From Eledone cirrhosa (lineage: Eukaryota), in assembly GCA_964016885.1 (NCBI GenBank), contig OZ024740.1:323144001-323208000 (forward strand): a stretch of DNA of 64,000 bases, read 5' to 3'. This document shows positions 25,508 to 41,476 of this stretch, piece by piece. A program made the position numbers and the translations under genes. The stretch's first letter is position 1. Every line of letters begins with the position of its first letter. The notes under the pieces were generated by a model, which saw only the letters and a list, made by a program, of their open reading frames with translations, did not search any database and was not told the origin of the DNA.

Positions 25508-27290
25508 ATTCGACATGGTACCTCATTCTTGGATAACCAAAAGCCTAGAGATCTTCAAGGTGACAGATAACATCAGACAGTTGTTGAGCAAAAGTATGAA
25601 GTCCTGGGAAACAGAGTTAACATCGGGTGGAGAATCCTTGGGAGGCGTGAAGATCAAGAGAGGTATCTTCCAGGGAGATAGTTTGTCCTCTCTGCTGTTT
25701 GTCCTTGCCCTGATACCACTGTCCGTTATACTGCGAAAAGTGAGAGCAGGATACAAGTTGGGAAAACGAGAACTTACCATCAACCACCTCCTCTTCATGG
25801 ACGATCTTAAACTCTTTGGGAAGAATGAGAAGGAGTTGGATGTACTTGTTGACACTGTCCGTATTTTCAGCAATGATATATGTATGGTATTTGCTATTAA
25901 TAAGTGTGGAGTCCTAGTGATGAAGAGGGGGTAAATTGAGCAGAAGCAACAGAATACAGGTACTAACAGGTGAGATGATAAAGGAAATTGACACTGAAGA
26001 AGAATACAAATATTTAGGTGTTCTGGAGGCAGATGACATCAAGAACAAAAAAATGAAGGAATTGATAAGATCTGAGTACATAAGGAGAGTAAGGAGTGTA
26101 TTAAAATCACATCTAAATAGTAGGAATGTCATAAGTGCAGTGAATTCCCGAGCTGTGTCTATTATTAGGTACAGTGCGGGATTTCTGAGATGGAATGTTG
26201 CTGAACAAAAAGAAATGGATAGGAAGACTAGGAAGCTATTGACTATCTACAACATGTTCCACAAGAGGAGTGATGTCGATATACTCTACTTAAAGAGATC
26301 TGAAGGTGGAAGAGGTCTTATCAGCATAGAGGACTGTGTTCAGATGGAAAAAACCCTGCACAAATACGTGACTGACAGTAAGGAGCCAATGCTCAAAATT
26401 GTACTGAAGGAGAAGACAATAGACCAGGGGATGTCCAAGGGGGAAATAACAACAAGGAGGAAAACCGAATTTAGAGATCCACAGACATGGAATTGGTTAA
26501 AAAGAGGAGACCTTAAAATAGATACAGAAGGAATGCTAATGGCTGCGAAAGAGCATGCCCTCAGAACAAAGTGTATTACAAACGAAGTGTATTACGAAGT
26601 GTATTTACAAGGAGAAGGCTGGCCCACTGTGTAGGATCTGTGAAGAGAGACAGAGAGAGAGAGGAGACTGTGGCTCACATTGTATCCGAGTGTAAACACC
26701 TAGCCCAGACTCACTATAAAGGCTGGAGACATGATGTGATAGGCAGGGTGATCCACTGGCATCTATGCAAAGTAAAAAGATTTACCACATTCTGAGAAGT
26801 GGTATGAACATAAGCCAGAGACGTTGATAGAAAACGATCAGGTGAAGGTGCTATGGGATTTTAGGATACAGACGGACAAGAAATTAGAACACAATAGGCT
26901 TGACCTGGTGATTTTGGACAAGGAAAAAATATCGTGCCTGATTGTAAATGTAGCCTGCCCATTTGACACGAAGGGGCAAGAAAAGGAGAGGGAGAAAATT
27001 AACCGATACCAGGATTTAAAGTGGGAGTTAAAAAGGATTTGGAATTGCCATGAAATCAAGGTCGTCCCGATTGTCATAGGCGCACTAGGTACTATCTCAA
27101 AGAGTTTCCAAGGATGGTTAAAGAAGATTAGTCCAGCCCCGCTTTTTGGAACACTTCAAAAGGCATGCTTGCTGGGAACAGCAAGGACCCTCCGATACGT
27201 CCTGAATATCTGAGACTGCAGGTAGTGGCTTGATATTCATTTTAACAAACTTTCCAGTTAAATAACATCAATGACTGAGACTCAAAGAAC
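25508..27290 (+). mobile_element. 5'-truncated copy of the first R4/Dong-type family
   Basis: Starts at FDMVPHSW, colinear with 21499-23301 including the 3' UTR; frameshifts, one internal deletion and a short duplication near 26570-26605. Confidence 0.93.
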
Positions 27291-27303
27291 AATAATAATA
27301 ATA

Positions 27304-27608
27304 ATTGTTTCTACTTTAGGCACAAGGCCAGCAATTACACAGTGCATTACTGGTACTTTATTTTATCGACCCCGTAAGGATGAAAGGCAAAGTCAACCTC
27401 GGCGGGATTTGAACTCAGATCGTAAAGGGACGTAACTATGCTGGAAAGCATGGCGTCCGCCCCTCTACCGATACTGCCAAATAATAATAATGATAATAAT
27501 AATTGTTTCTACTTTTTGGCACAAGGCCAGCAATTACCCAGTGCATTACTGGTACTTTATTTTATCGACCCCGTAAGGATGAAAGGCAAAGTTAACCTCG
27601 GCGGGATC
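27304..27608 (-). mobile_element. Two tandem SINE family A copies in (AAT)n (27304-27480; 27502-27608, 5'-truncated)
   Basis: Reverse complement of 7579-7770. Confidence 0.88.
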
Positions 27609-29329
27609 CCAGTGCATCACGGGTACTTTAATGATTTTTACCATAAGCGCAAGGCAAGCAATTTTAGGGGAGAGGGAAAGTCGGTGTTACTGGTACTTTA
27701 TTCTATCGACCCTGGTAGGATGGAATTTCAGCATTGCCTTTAATCTTTCAAGGATTGATAAAGTTCCAGTCTGGGAATGTTTAGCGATATTTGTTCTTGG
27801 TATTTATTTTGTGGGTTCCAATCCTGCCGAGGCCTGCCTTGGTTTTATGTTTAATTGTTCACCCGCTTTAACACCTCCGCTTAACTCTTTGATATTTATA
27901 GCGGGGTCCACTATCTTCCAAGAATTCGGGACTGGTTTCTGGTTTGATGATGCCATCCTCCCTAGCTTTCGCCACTTTCGGAGGTACAGAAAAGGGTTCT
28001 GGCTACTCCTCTTTAACTGCTAACTAAGCGATGCTAAACGTGTTTTATCCATTTTTTTAAATTTACAACTACCTTCCCATACAGCCTATACAGTGGTGAT
28101 GTGATCACCCTGTCCACATTAACTTTGATCCAATTTAGGTCATCCAAGCATGTGAACCCAGTCTAAAATCTGACAATACATTCCTCTCTCCAGCCCATCT
28201 CTGATGTCTTGAAAGTGTCCTGGACACTGCACTTCTTATTAACGAAGCTCTAAAACAAAAACAAAAAAATAGTTTTTACCCAAGTTTTCAAAATGTTATG
28301 CAATTTAGAATAAGGTTTCTTCTGAATATGATACCTATTGGAAATTTATCCTTTGTTTAACAACATACAGCGACACCATAAAGAGTCTCTGTTATTTAAA
28401 GTGGAAACTATGATTTCCCACAGTACTGTTTACAGTCAGGTGGATGGGGTAATTAAAAGTTAATTGTTTCCGTCTGTGATGCGGTATGTTCTTTAACGAC
28501 AGTTGAACCGTGTATTAACAGTTTGTCTCCCAAACAAATGGACCAGCTGTGATTCTCATATTTCTGGCTAACCATAGATAAATTACTTTCTCTGTAGAAA
28601 GCTGTTTCAGAACAGTGTAAACGGATAATTCCCTTAACAAAGAACGAACTCTTATTTCAAACAATTTTGGCCTTATTAAACTTCTAGTCTTTAAAAATTC
28701 ATAACAATTCTTTAGAAAATAGTCAACAGAATAAAAAAAAGAAAGAAAAGGGAGCCTTAAAAATCCATTTATAAGAAACAGAAAAAAAAGAGACAAAATG
28801 TTCCCCCCTGTAAGCAATAGAGATAATTCTGGAATTACAGAGAAAATGAGCCATTTTCCCTCCACAAAAGTACTCCCTGTTCGCAGTTACAGCAAGGTTT
28901 TGTTCATACAGAAAACTAAAGCCTTTCTTCTTTTATACGGTACATTGTTAATACTTTCATTTGATCTTTTAAAATTACTAAGGAGTTTTTTTATTTCTTT
29001 ACATTTTTCGAACTCTGGCGTCTTTAGATGTCTTTGTAATAATAGATTATAGATTATTTAGTGAAAGATTCCCATAATTATGTTACCCATTGTTATATCG
29101 AACGTATTTTGAAGTGAGATGTTAATACACTTCCGCGCTGTTTCTGTATAGATAGTTTTAATTAAATATATCTACCTATAACATTTTCCAATTCTACTTG
29201 TCTTTTGCTTACTCTTTTCAACAGGAATACCACAATCATTTATATTTTTAAATCTCGACATTTATTTTGGAGGCAGAGAACAAAGAGTTGATTCACTCTA
29301 GTGTAAAACTCCTTTACTCTTCCTTAACA

Positions 29330-29740
29330 ATTCTTTATAATTTCTTTGTTAAATTAATATTTCTTCTGCAGAATGGTATTAAAAAGAAACGAAGCATTGA
29401 TTTACAGAACCTATATAATTTCTTGCTTAAATTAATATTTCGTTTGCAGTATAGTATTGCAGAGGAACCAAGTCATGATTTATTAAAATTCTATAATTTA
29501 TTGCTTGAATTAAACACTTCTCTTGCAGATAGAATTACATTACAACGAAGACTTGACTGCAATAATTTTTATAATTTGTGGCTAAATTAGTATTTCCCTT
29601 GCAGAATAGTATTAAAAAGTAACAAAACATCATTGACTTACACAATTTTTATAATTCGTTGTTAAAATGATATCTCTCTTACAAAATGGTATTAAAGTGG
29701 AAAGAAGAGGATTTCTATAATTTCATCTTTTAATAACTTT
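29330..29740. repeat. Minisatellite, ~78-80-bp unit, ~5 copies
   Basis: Recurring TATAATTT..TAAATTAATATTTC..TGCAGAAT.GTATTA. Confidence 0.75.
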
Positions 29741-29922
29741 TTCTGTATTTTATGGATCTCGTTTCAGAATTTTTTTCTTAATCCGTCCGATTCACTGATT
29801 CATTTACACATACATACATGTATGCATGCTTACATACATGCACGTATGCATACTTAGATATATACATGCACGTATGCACACTTACATACATACGTACATA
29901 CATACATACTTACATACATGCA

Positions 29923-30466
29923 TATTATGATATGGGACAGGGAGAAGCAAGCATGCACAGTAGTGGAAATTAGTTGCCCAGCAGATGCCAATATAATATA
30001 AAAGATTAGCGATAAGGAGAATATTTATGCAGAACTGATGAGAAATTTGCAGATACTCCACCCTGATTACACTTTCAGATTTATGCCTGTGATTATTGGG
30101 GCACTGGGGTAGGTTAGTAACTGCCTCAATACAAATCTTGAGAAGCTAGGCGTCACAGGAATAGAAAGAACACAACTAGTTAGGAAATTACAAGTACAAT
30201 CCATTAATGGAATAGTAAATATATGTAAAACATTTTGCATCTAATAACTGCATATACATGTGTACAGATACAAAGCATATACACATGCACACATACAACT
30301 CAAAACATCCACATCCACACACACAGTAACATCCATATCTACACATGCATGCATACACACCTACCTAGTTGATGTGTAAATTCCAATGAGAGAGTCTTGT
30401 GTCTATGTTAGAAACCGACTTTCTCTCTATTGGAAAAAAAATTGTGAGATTATAAAACCAGAAGAA
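29923..30466 (+). mobile_element. 3' fragment of a third RLE (R4-like) retrotransposon family in a (CATA)n tract
   Basis: Manual translation from 29924: IMIWDREKQACTVVEISCPADANII*KISDKENIYAEL..FMPVIIGALG*..LVRKLQVQSINGIVNICKTF; absent from the ORF track because of stops. Confidence 0.8.
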
Positions 30467-31000
30467 CATACACACATGATGTCTGCGCCCTCATTATCGA
30501 GTATGGCCATTGCACGATATAACATTGTTAATAATCATCAATGCCGGTGCGCGAAGATATTTTAAAAGTGAGGAATGACTGTACTGGGCCAATCCCACTC
30601 TCTGAGCAACAGTAGCTATAACATACATACATGCATGCATCAGATATTTATATATATGTTCCTCACATTTATATATATATATATATCGACACCCCCTTCT
30701 TTTATTTCCCTTCTTTTTATCTCTGCTCCCTCTCTCTCTTCCCCACTCTCTCTCTCTCTCTCTGTTTATCTCTCGCCCATGTTCCTCCCGTTTCCTCACT
30801 TGTCTACGTCCCACCAGGTGCCAAGCCAAACCTTCGTTTCTTTGTTTCAGCCACGGTAGGCACAATATTTTTCTTCATTTCCGTAACCCAACTATATCTA
30901 ATCGACGAAAGTAAAACTTTTCTTCTCTCCAGCATTAATATGTCACACTCACACCTATATATATGGTTGTATGTATATATATGTATATATATATATATAC

Positions 31001-31116
<116 letters not shown>

Positions 31117-31223
31117 GTATGTATATATATATATAAACATACATATATACATATATATATTAACAAAAGGAGTTCCAACTTTGTCTGATTTACTCATTTT
31201 ATTTACAATCCTTTAAAATTATA

Positions 31224-31410
31224 ATTGTTTCTACTTTTTGGCAAAAGGCCAGCAATTACCCTAGTGAATTACTGGTACTTTATTTTATCGACCCGGTAAG
31301 GATGAAAGCAAAGTTAACCTCGGCGAGATTTGAACTCAGAATGGCAAGGACCGTAACTGTATGCGTCAAAGCATGGCGTCCGACCCTCTACCGATACTGC
31401 CAATCCACCG
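31224..31410 (-). mobile_element. SINE family A
   Basis: Reverse complement of 7579-7770. Confidence 0.85.
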
Positions 31411-31757
31411 TGTGTGAGTGTGAATCCATAAGTGTATGCATGAAAGAACCAGTGAATTGGGCCGATTAAGAAAACATTTCTGAGACGAGATCCATTGTCA
31501 TTGATACTTCCTTTCGTTTGCAGAATGGCGTTAATAAGAAAAGGATTGGATTTGCGATAAATAAATGCCAAATCTCTATGTTTTAAGTTCAATCCCTAGT
31601 GAGGAACAATGATTTTGTCATTTATCTCTCAAAACCCAAACAAATACGTCGGAATTAATACAGAAACAATGACAAATACAATTTACTAACTTTTCTTTTT
31701 ATTTAAAAAAAAATATAATTTATTTATATATTTTAACATAATGGAAAATCTTGCGAA

Positions 31758-31957
31758 NNNNNNNNNNNNNNNNNNNNNNNNNNNNNNNNNNNNNNNNNNN
31801 NNNNNNNNNNNNNNNNNNNNNNNNNNNNNNNNNNNNNNNNNNNNNNNNNNNNNNNNNNNNNNNNNNNNNNNNNNNNNNNNNNNNNNNNNNNNNNNNNNNN
31901 NNNNNNNNNNNNNNNNNNNNNNNNNNNNNNNNNNNNNNNNNNNNNNNNNNNNNNNNN
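31758..31957. other. Assembly gap (200 N)
   Basis: Run of N. Confidence 1.
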
Positions 31958-32142
31958 AGGGAAATCACGCAATATAACGGTAATTCCAAACTGATTTCCT
32001 CTATGATTAAATTCAGATCAAGTTTGAATATTTAATCCCGGTTTTTCCCAACTGAAGATGAATCTGCTGCAAAAGTAAATACTGAAATTAGTAAATAAAT
32101 GGATAAGTAAACAAACAAACAAGTAAACAAGCATACATACAA

Positions 32143-32174
<32 letters not shown>

Positions 32175-32592
32175 ACACACACACGCACGCACACACACAC
32201 ACACACGCACACACACACACGCACGCACACACACACACACACACACACATACACACAAATGCATGTGTACACACACAGACATATATATATATATATGTAT
32301 AGATAGATGTATATATATATCTATACCCACGCATATATCTAAATACTGACACATACATATATGCGTATCAGTGAGTGTGTGCGCGTATGTGTATGTATCT
32401 ATATAAGTGTATATGTATATATATGTATGTATATACATATATATATATATATATACATATATATATGTGTGTGTGTGTGTATATATATATATATTTATAC
32501 TTATATATATACAAATATGTATATTTATATATATATATAAGGAGAGAGATGTGTGCGCATGTATGTTTGTGTATGTGTGTGTGTGTGTGCGT

Positions 32593-32697
<105 letters not shown>

Positions 32698-32816
32698 ACT
32701 TCGTTGGAAAACACAATAACCATGATTAAATATTTTTCTATCGTGCTGTTGAATATTGTTTTAGAATACGGAATATGGAATTTGAAATTTTATATAATTT
32801 GAATCTACCATCCTTT

Positions 32817-32852
<36 letters not shown>

Positions 32853-32853
32853 C

Positions 32854-32908
<55 letters not shown>

Positions 32909-33875
32909 TCTCGCTCCTGATCCATTAATTACTATCTCCTTCCCCTCCATATCTACCTCCAGTCTCTCCCCCGTCTCTCACCCATACTTCCTCTCCCCCC
33001 TCTCTCCCGCAATCTATCACTCAATTTCTCTCTCCCTCTGCCAACTTATTTTTTTCTCATTCTCTAATATTCTCTTTCTCTCTTTAAAAAGTCTATCCCT
33101 CTATCAGTTGGGTTCCGACATACCCCACTTCCACATGAAAAACTTTTCCACTGCCCAGATCTATAGTGAATATTTAAAAGCATACATTCGAGATGGGCAG
33201 ATTTCCTGAAAGGCTCTCTTCCGGACAATAAAATTATAACCGATTTAAAAGTTAGTAATAAACGGTTTCCCATTTTTTTAAAACTTTTACAAAACAATAT
33301 AAATGAAGAAATTTTGCATTTGGTCATCTGAAGCAGAAGGACGCAGGGAACGAACGGTTGGTTCCAATTTGTGCAGGGCGGAGCCAGGCGAAGCCATTTG
33401 GGGCAGAGTACGTTCTATCTTCTAGCTAGCGAAATGAAGATCTAAAAAACGAACAGAAAACCATCGTTTCCTTCTTGTATTGAACTCATAACACTGTGTG
33501 GCGTTTAAGTTCACAGCTATGTAAGCTGAGAGTTGTACCACTCAACCACCGCGACAGTTCTTTCTCAACTCATTTTTATTTTTATGTGAGATTGAAAATA
33601 TATATCTTCAAATCCCTTATTGTCTTAAGTGCTACATACTTACGTGCGTATTTCCATAAATATATATCTTTCGGTACCGGGTTCGGTTATTCTATCAATT
33701 ATTAAAGAATAATTCTACTATCGTTTATAAATTATTTATTTATTCATTTATTTTCATATTTTCCCGTATGTATATATATAACATTAGAATTTTATTTCTC
33801 ACCCTAGCACAGCTGATACATAAATGTAAGTATGCATACGTACACACATACACACACACTCACACACACACACAC

Positions 33876-35901
<2,026 letters not shown>

Positions 35902-36049
35902 GCGTATGTGTGTATCTACGTTTAAGTATATGCATATATGTTATATATATGGGCGTGAGGCTAATTACCATGTACTGTATTAAAGCATGTATGTATGCAT
36001 TTATGTATGGATGTATGTATGCACACACACACACACACACACACACACG

Positions 36050-36123
<74 letters not shown>

Positions 36124-36674
36124 CGTGTGTGTGTATATACATTATATATATACACATTTATATAACATAGACATGTGTAATCACATACATAAGACACATA
36201 TACATGGTGATGTAAATAAATATAAATACCATGAAACACTATTTCTAAGGTGTTAGTACAAGTGTTATAGAGTGTTCATTACAATATTTAATCACTTTAA
36301 TCGGTGTGAGTGACAATTACCGTTACAATTTAGCAGTAAATGTTAAAATGTCATGAACGCAAAATTAATAAATGTTTATCTCAAGAAACCTCGTGTGTTT
36401 TCACGTTGAAAAAATGTTGTCAATATTATCTTCAATGTTTTGTTACGATCAAAAGGCGTTAACATAATTGTAAATGGCAATAAATGTGAATGTAATTACT
36501 AATTTGGTTTCATGGTGGTGTTGTGTGGTTTTTGATGGCTTAAATAGATTGTGTGTTGTGATGTGTGTCTATGTGAGAGAAGAGAGTGTATGTGTGGGTG
36601 GTGAGATGGTAAGAGCGAGAACTGAAAAGAAGAAAGAGAGAGGGGGAGAGAGGGGGAGAGTGAGAGAGAGAGAG

Positions 36675-36746
<72 letters not shown>

Positions 36747-37419
36747 AGAGAGAGAGAACTATATTGAAAGGCAAAGATGAGAAAATAACAAACGAATGTT
36801 TTACAACATTTGATAATAATCTTCCATTCGTTTGAAAGTAAAAATGTCAACGTTAGTTATAATGTTCGATGCTTTAAGATATTAATCTGATCAACGCTAG
36901 TTATAATGTCTGATGTTTGACGATATTAATCTTATTAACACAACTGTTGATTTTAAATTCTCTTAATTTTCCACTGATTGTAACAGAAGATTAAACCTTT
37001 TGAACTATGGATCAAAAATGGGAGGTTCGAACCGCATAATAGAAAATATTTACCCAATAAAACTGACTATGAATGATATTTTCTATTTAATACTAATTTG
37101 ATTTAACCAAAATCTATGTCAAATCCAGTCTTCATCGCCCAACAGGTTGAAAATGGCAAACTAACCAAGTACCATCTGCTCTTTAATATGTCGAACTCAT
37201 AGCAATGAAAACCAATGGTATCCTGGGCCCCGAACCACCTCCCTCCTGTCCTTTAGCAAGAACGAGCTCCACGGTATGAATTGGTTCATTCAGTTCATCT
37301 TTCTGGCCATCTTCCTAGGATATACATTAGTTATTTTAACACTCTGTATCTCCAGAAGTATGCCTAAGTTACTTGGTCAGTTAAGAGACACACGTGGATA
37401 TTCTCAATCGAAGCAGTAT

Positions 37420-37830
37420 ATAAACAACTGTGTAAGAAGCTGTGTATTTCAAAAATAATTGTGTAAGTATCTGTGTATTTCACATAACTGTGTAAGTAGC
37501 TGTGTATTTCACATCATCGTGTAAGTAGCTGTATATTCCACAAATAACTGTGTAAGTAGCTGAATATTTCGCAAATAACTGTGTAAATAGCTGTGTATTT
37601 CACAAACACCCGTGTTTCACGTAACCAAGTAAGTAGCTATGTATTTCACAAATAACTGTGTAAGTAGCCGTGTATTTCTCATAACCGTGTAAGTAGCCGT
37701 GTATTTCTCATAACCGTGTAAGTAGCTGTGTATTTCACAAACATTGTGTAAGTGGCTGTGTATTTCACGGTCAAGCGGATAAGTAGGTGAATATCTAACG
37801 GACAACTAGGTAAGTATCCGAGTATCTCAC
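37420..37830. repeat. Minisatellite, ~29-32-bp unit (TGTGTAAGTAGCTGTGTATTTCACA..AAC), ~13 copies
   Basis: Directly visible. Confidence 0.85.
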
Positions 37831-37879
37831 AGACACCTGGGTCCTTAACGTAATACTTAGACAGATGTATCATTTTCAA

Positions 37880-39170
37880 TGATGGATATTCAGTTATTAG
37901 ATCAACAGAACGTCCAATCTGTGGATCAACGAGTAAGGGGTTAAGTATTTTACACACACATGTATCTTAAAGCTGACTCTCGTACAGATTCAGCGTGATA
38001 GAATGTGTGACTTGACTGGTCTATGGAATTACAAATGTAATCTATGTAACAAGCTTTCAGCATTTTCTGTTTCACGCAGTTTCACTCACAAAGCTGAGGT
38101 TGATCGGATACTCTTGTAAAAACCCCAGATGTTTCTATCTATAACGACATAAACACATCGAGTAAGCCGTTTCAGGGACCAAACTACATTGTCGATGTTA
38201 TCATATTGTTTTATTAAATGTTAAATATTTTACAGATACATAAAAGAAGAGAAAGTAATGCTACTGATATTCTCTCTCCTATCTTCACCGTAATATATAA
38301 CGAATGGAAAGTGACTTTGCATTATATCTATTCACTGGAGAAGAAATAAATTATTCTTGTATTTTGATATTGGTCTTGAAGGAATTGATTACTATATTTT
38401 ATCAAATTTAATGATAGATGCTGAAACAGACCTTTAAGCTTTCTTGTTCATTAATCCAAAATAGAGATAAAAATGATTTATCATGATGGTTTAATGCCAT
38501 TTCGCATAAAAAGTACGTCTCATATTTTTGGGAAAATATATCGATTTTTCTAAGAAATGCATGACACTAAAATTGATTACTATATTCGTAATTGTGGCAA
38601 AATCTAATAAACAGGTTTTTCCTTCCAAATCACGCAAAGCTTAGTTTTCATTAATAAAGGTATATCAAGCAATAATACAGGTTCTTCAGTGAGCGATTTT
38701 GTAGCCCGCAGGGGACTGTGTAGAATATGGGATGGATCTCCGTTGATTTCTACGATAAGTGATATAGTTCTTCCATCAATGGAACGCATGCTCCTGAAAT
38801 TAACATGTATAAGGTCGAATACACCACATACACATGTACTCACAGGGAGATTCAGAATGACATTGCGTGTGATAAGGCAAACCCTTTGAATTGCAGGTAC
38901 AGTAGGTAGCTAAACATTCCACAGACACGTGTATCCTTAAGGTAATTCTAAGGAAGATTCAGCGTAACAAAGTGTGAGAGACAAGGCTGGTCCTTTGAAT
39001 TAGACACATTCTATCTGACAGGCTTCCAAACAGTTCCTGTCAACACAATTTCGCTCACAAGGCTTAGATCAGTCTGAGGCTATGGTAAATGACTGTTACC
39101 CATGATACCACATAGTGTGATCTAACCCGTGGTTTATGATTGTGAAGTGAATTCCTTTACCCTTCGGCTT
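37880..39170 (-). mobile_element. Several decayed SINE family B fragments (37880-38110, 38745-39170)
   Basis: GATTCAGCGT..CAAGGC..CCCTTTGAATT.CAGGTACA and CACAGACACGTGTATCCTTAA motifs, reverse complement of the 46215-46560 body. Confidence 0.5.
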
Positions 39171-39677
39171 CGCTGTGTCCTCTTCCCAGTATTAGTGGTT
39201 AATGATCTTTGATTTAATGTAGTGTAGATTTAATATGGACAGAAGGAATATGAATGAACATGGTATGGACAACTTAAAAAGTAGTAATAATTTCACTGAA
39301 AATGTGATACAATTAGCGAAGTATTTGCAATATAGAGCTCGCGGCTTCGTCGACGTTCAGCCCGGTCAAATACAATTAAACTCTTGGTCATCTACACATC
39401 TTTCTTACAGTCAATTTTCCGGCCAAATGTAATTTTCCGCGTGATATTGATATCATCTAGTATTATATAAAGTAGTTTAGTTGATGTATTCCCATTACTA
39501 AATCAGTGAATCACTTCTGGGAACATTTAACTCACAATCTATATTATAATCATTGTATTAGATTGTCCATCTGTCATACGCCAAAGCTAGAGTCTGACAA
39601 TATCGCATTAAAATTTCCAATTTTTATTCATAATTCATGAAAATACAATTAAAGATAAATGATTTGAAATTAGCAAA

Positions 39678-39866
39678 TATATAGCTTTCACCTTATTTTT
39701 GACTAAAGGAATTTTAGCCTGATAATGGGGTTTAGAACCCTCAGATAAATGGAAAAAGATGAGTATTGACGTACATGTACGTCAATACTCATCTTTTTCC
39801 ATTTATCTGAGGGTTCTAAACCCCATTATCAGGCTAAAATTCCTTTAGTCAAAAATACGGTGAAAG

Positions 39867-39873
<7 letters not shown>
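39678..39873. mobile_element. Family F1 fold-back: near-perfect spacerless palindrome (~98-bp arms)
   Basis: Centre GACGTACA|TGTACGTC at 39775/39776; one visible mismatch. Confidence 0.88.
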
Positions 39874-39929
<56 letters not shown>

Positions 39930-39956
39930 ACATATGTATATATATATATTTATATA

Positions 39957-40217
39957 TTTATATATTTATATAGGTAAGTTTGTTTTGAAACAGTGAGCTA
40001 AGCTTGATATAGAAGCTTTCGCCGTATTCTTGGCTAAAGAAATAATATAGCTTGATAGTGGGGTTTAAGACCCTCTATAAAATGGAAAAGAGGGTTTAAG
40101 AGGGTTTTAAACCCCACTATCAAGCTATATTGTTTCTTTAGCCAAGAATACGGCGAAAGCTTCTATATCAAGCTTAACTCATTGTTTCAAAACAAACTTA
40201 CCTATATAAATATATAA
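39957..40217. mobile_element. Family F1 fold-back, third copy
   Basis: ~115-bp arms sharing TTTCGCCGTATT.TTG.CTAAAG and GATAGTGGGGTT with the other two copies. Confidence 0.85.
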
Positions 40218-40250
40218 TTTAATAAAAAATACGGCGAAAGCTTCTATTTT

Positions 40251-40314
<64 letters not shown>

Positions 40315-40389
40315 TAATATGTATGTGATGAAACACAGATACCAACACATCTGTATATATATTGCAATGTAAAAGAATTCATTACCTTA

Positions 40390-40475
<86 letters not shown>

Positions 40476-40941
40476 TACTGTATATATGCTCATATATATG
40501 AGTAACTAATAACACGGATTGTATTTCCTATCCATCGTTTTTCCCATTTTCTTTTTTTATCCTTGTGTATCTATTTTACCCTTCTCTCTCCCAAGCATTC
40601 TCCATTAATTAGTTCTCTCTTTATATCCTCCGACGAGGGACAAGACTGAAACATTCAGACCCATTACCAGCTATATCAATTGTTAAAGCAATAAACCATC
40701 ATTGCATCGCTTCTTGTATTGTTTTTACTTGTTGAGTTTTCTTATAAATTATATATATATATATATATATATGCAAACATACACACACGCACACAAACAC
40801 ACACACACACACACACATGTATATATATATATATATAAAACCTCCCCACTCTCAGCAAGCGTGAACACAATACAACCATAATACAACCATGACTCCTGCG
40901 TTTGCTTGTTTGTCGTTTTGAACTATATATATATATATATA

Positions 40942-41404
40942 CTAGCAGAGGTACCTGGCGTTGCTCGGATATTAAATAGCAGTTGTGTATACCAATTATG
41001 TCAATACTTCAGTGCTGCTTCGAAAACTATACTTTTACAAAATCATCGGCTTTTTCCAAAAGGCGGTTCCTGCCCCCAGGGGTCCCCTACTCAATATGTG
41101 CCAATTCTGTGAGTTCACATTCATCTGTAGGACAAACGTAGCCCATGTGTCAAGTTTTGTGAAAATCGGTTGCGAACTCCAGAAGTTATGACGTTTTGTT
41201 GCATTGCACTGCAGTGCTTCAGTCGACTCCAAGGAAGTGGTTAAAGTAGTTAAAGGGGTTATCTGCCGGGGGGGGGGGGGGGGGCTATAATCAATATCTG
41301 GAAAATGACAGTACCCATGACCATCCGGAGTACATAAGTAACCTATGTCTTAAGTTTGCTGAAAATACTGTAGAAATGCATAAGGTTTATACTTACGCGC
41401 GTGC

Positions 41405-41476
<72 letters not shown>

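Noticed and set aside
31720-32035. ORFs spanning poly-X
   Set aside because: Artefacts of the 200-N assembly gap; contiguity across the gap is also unverified.
40625-40665. Possible hammerhead CCGACGA GGGACAAGACT GAAA CATTC
   Set aside because: Core box is mutated and stems I and II do not pair convincingly.
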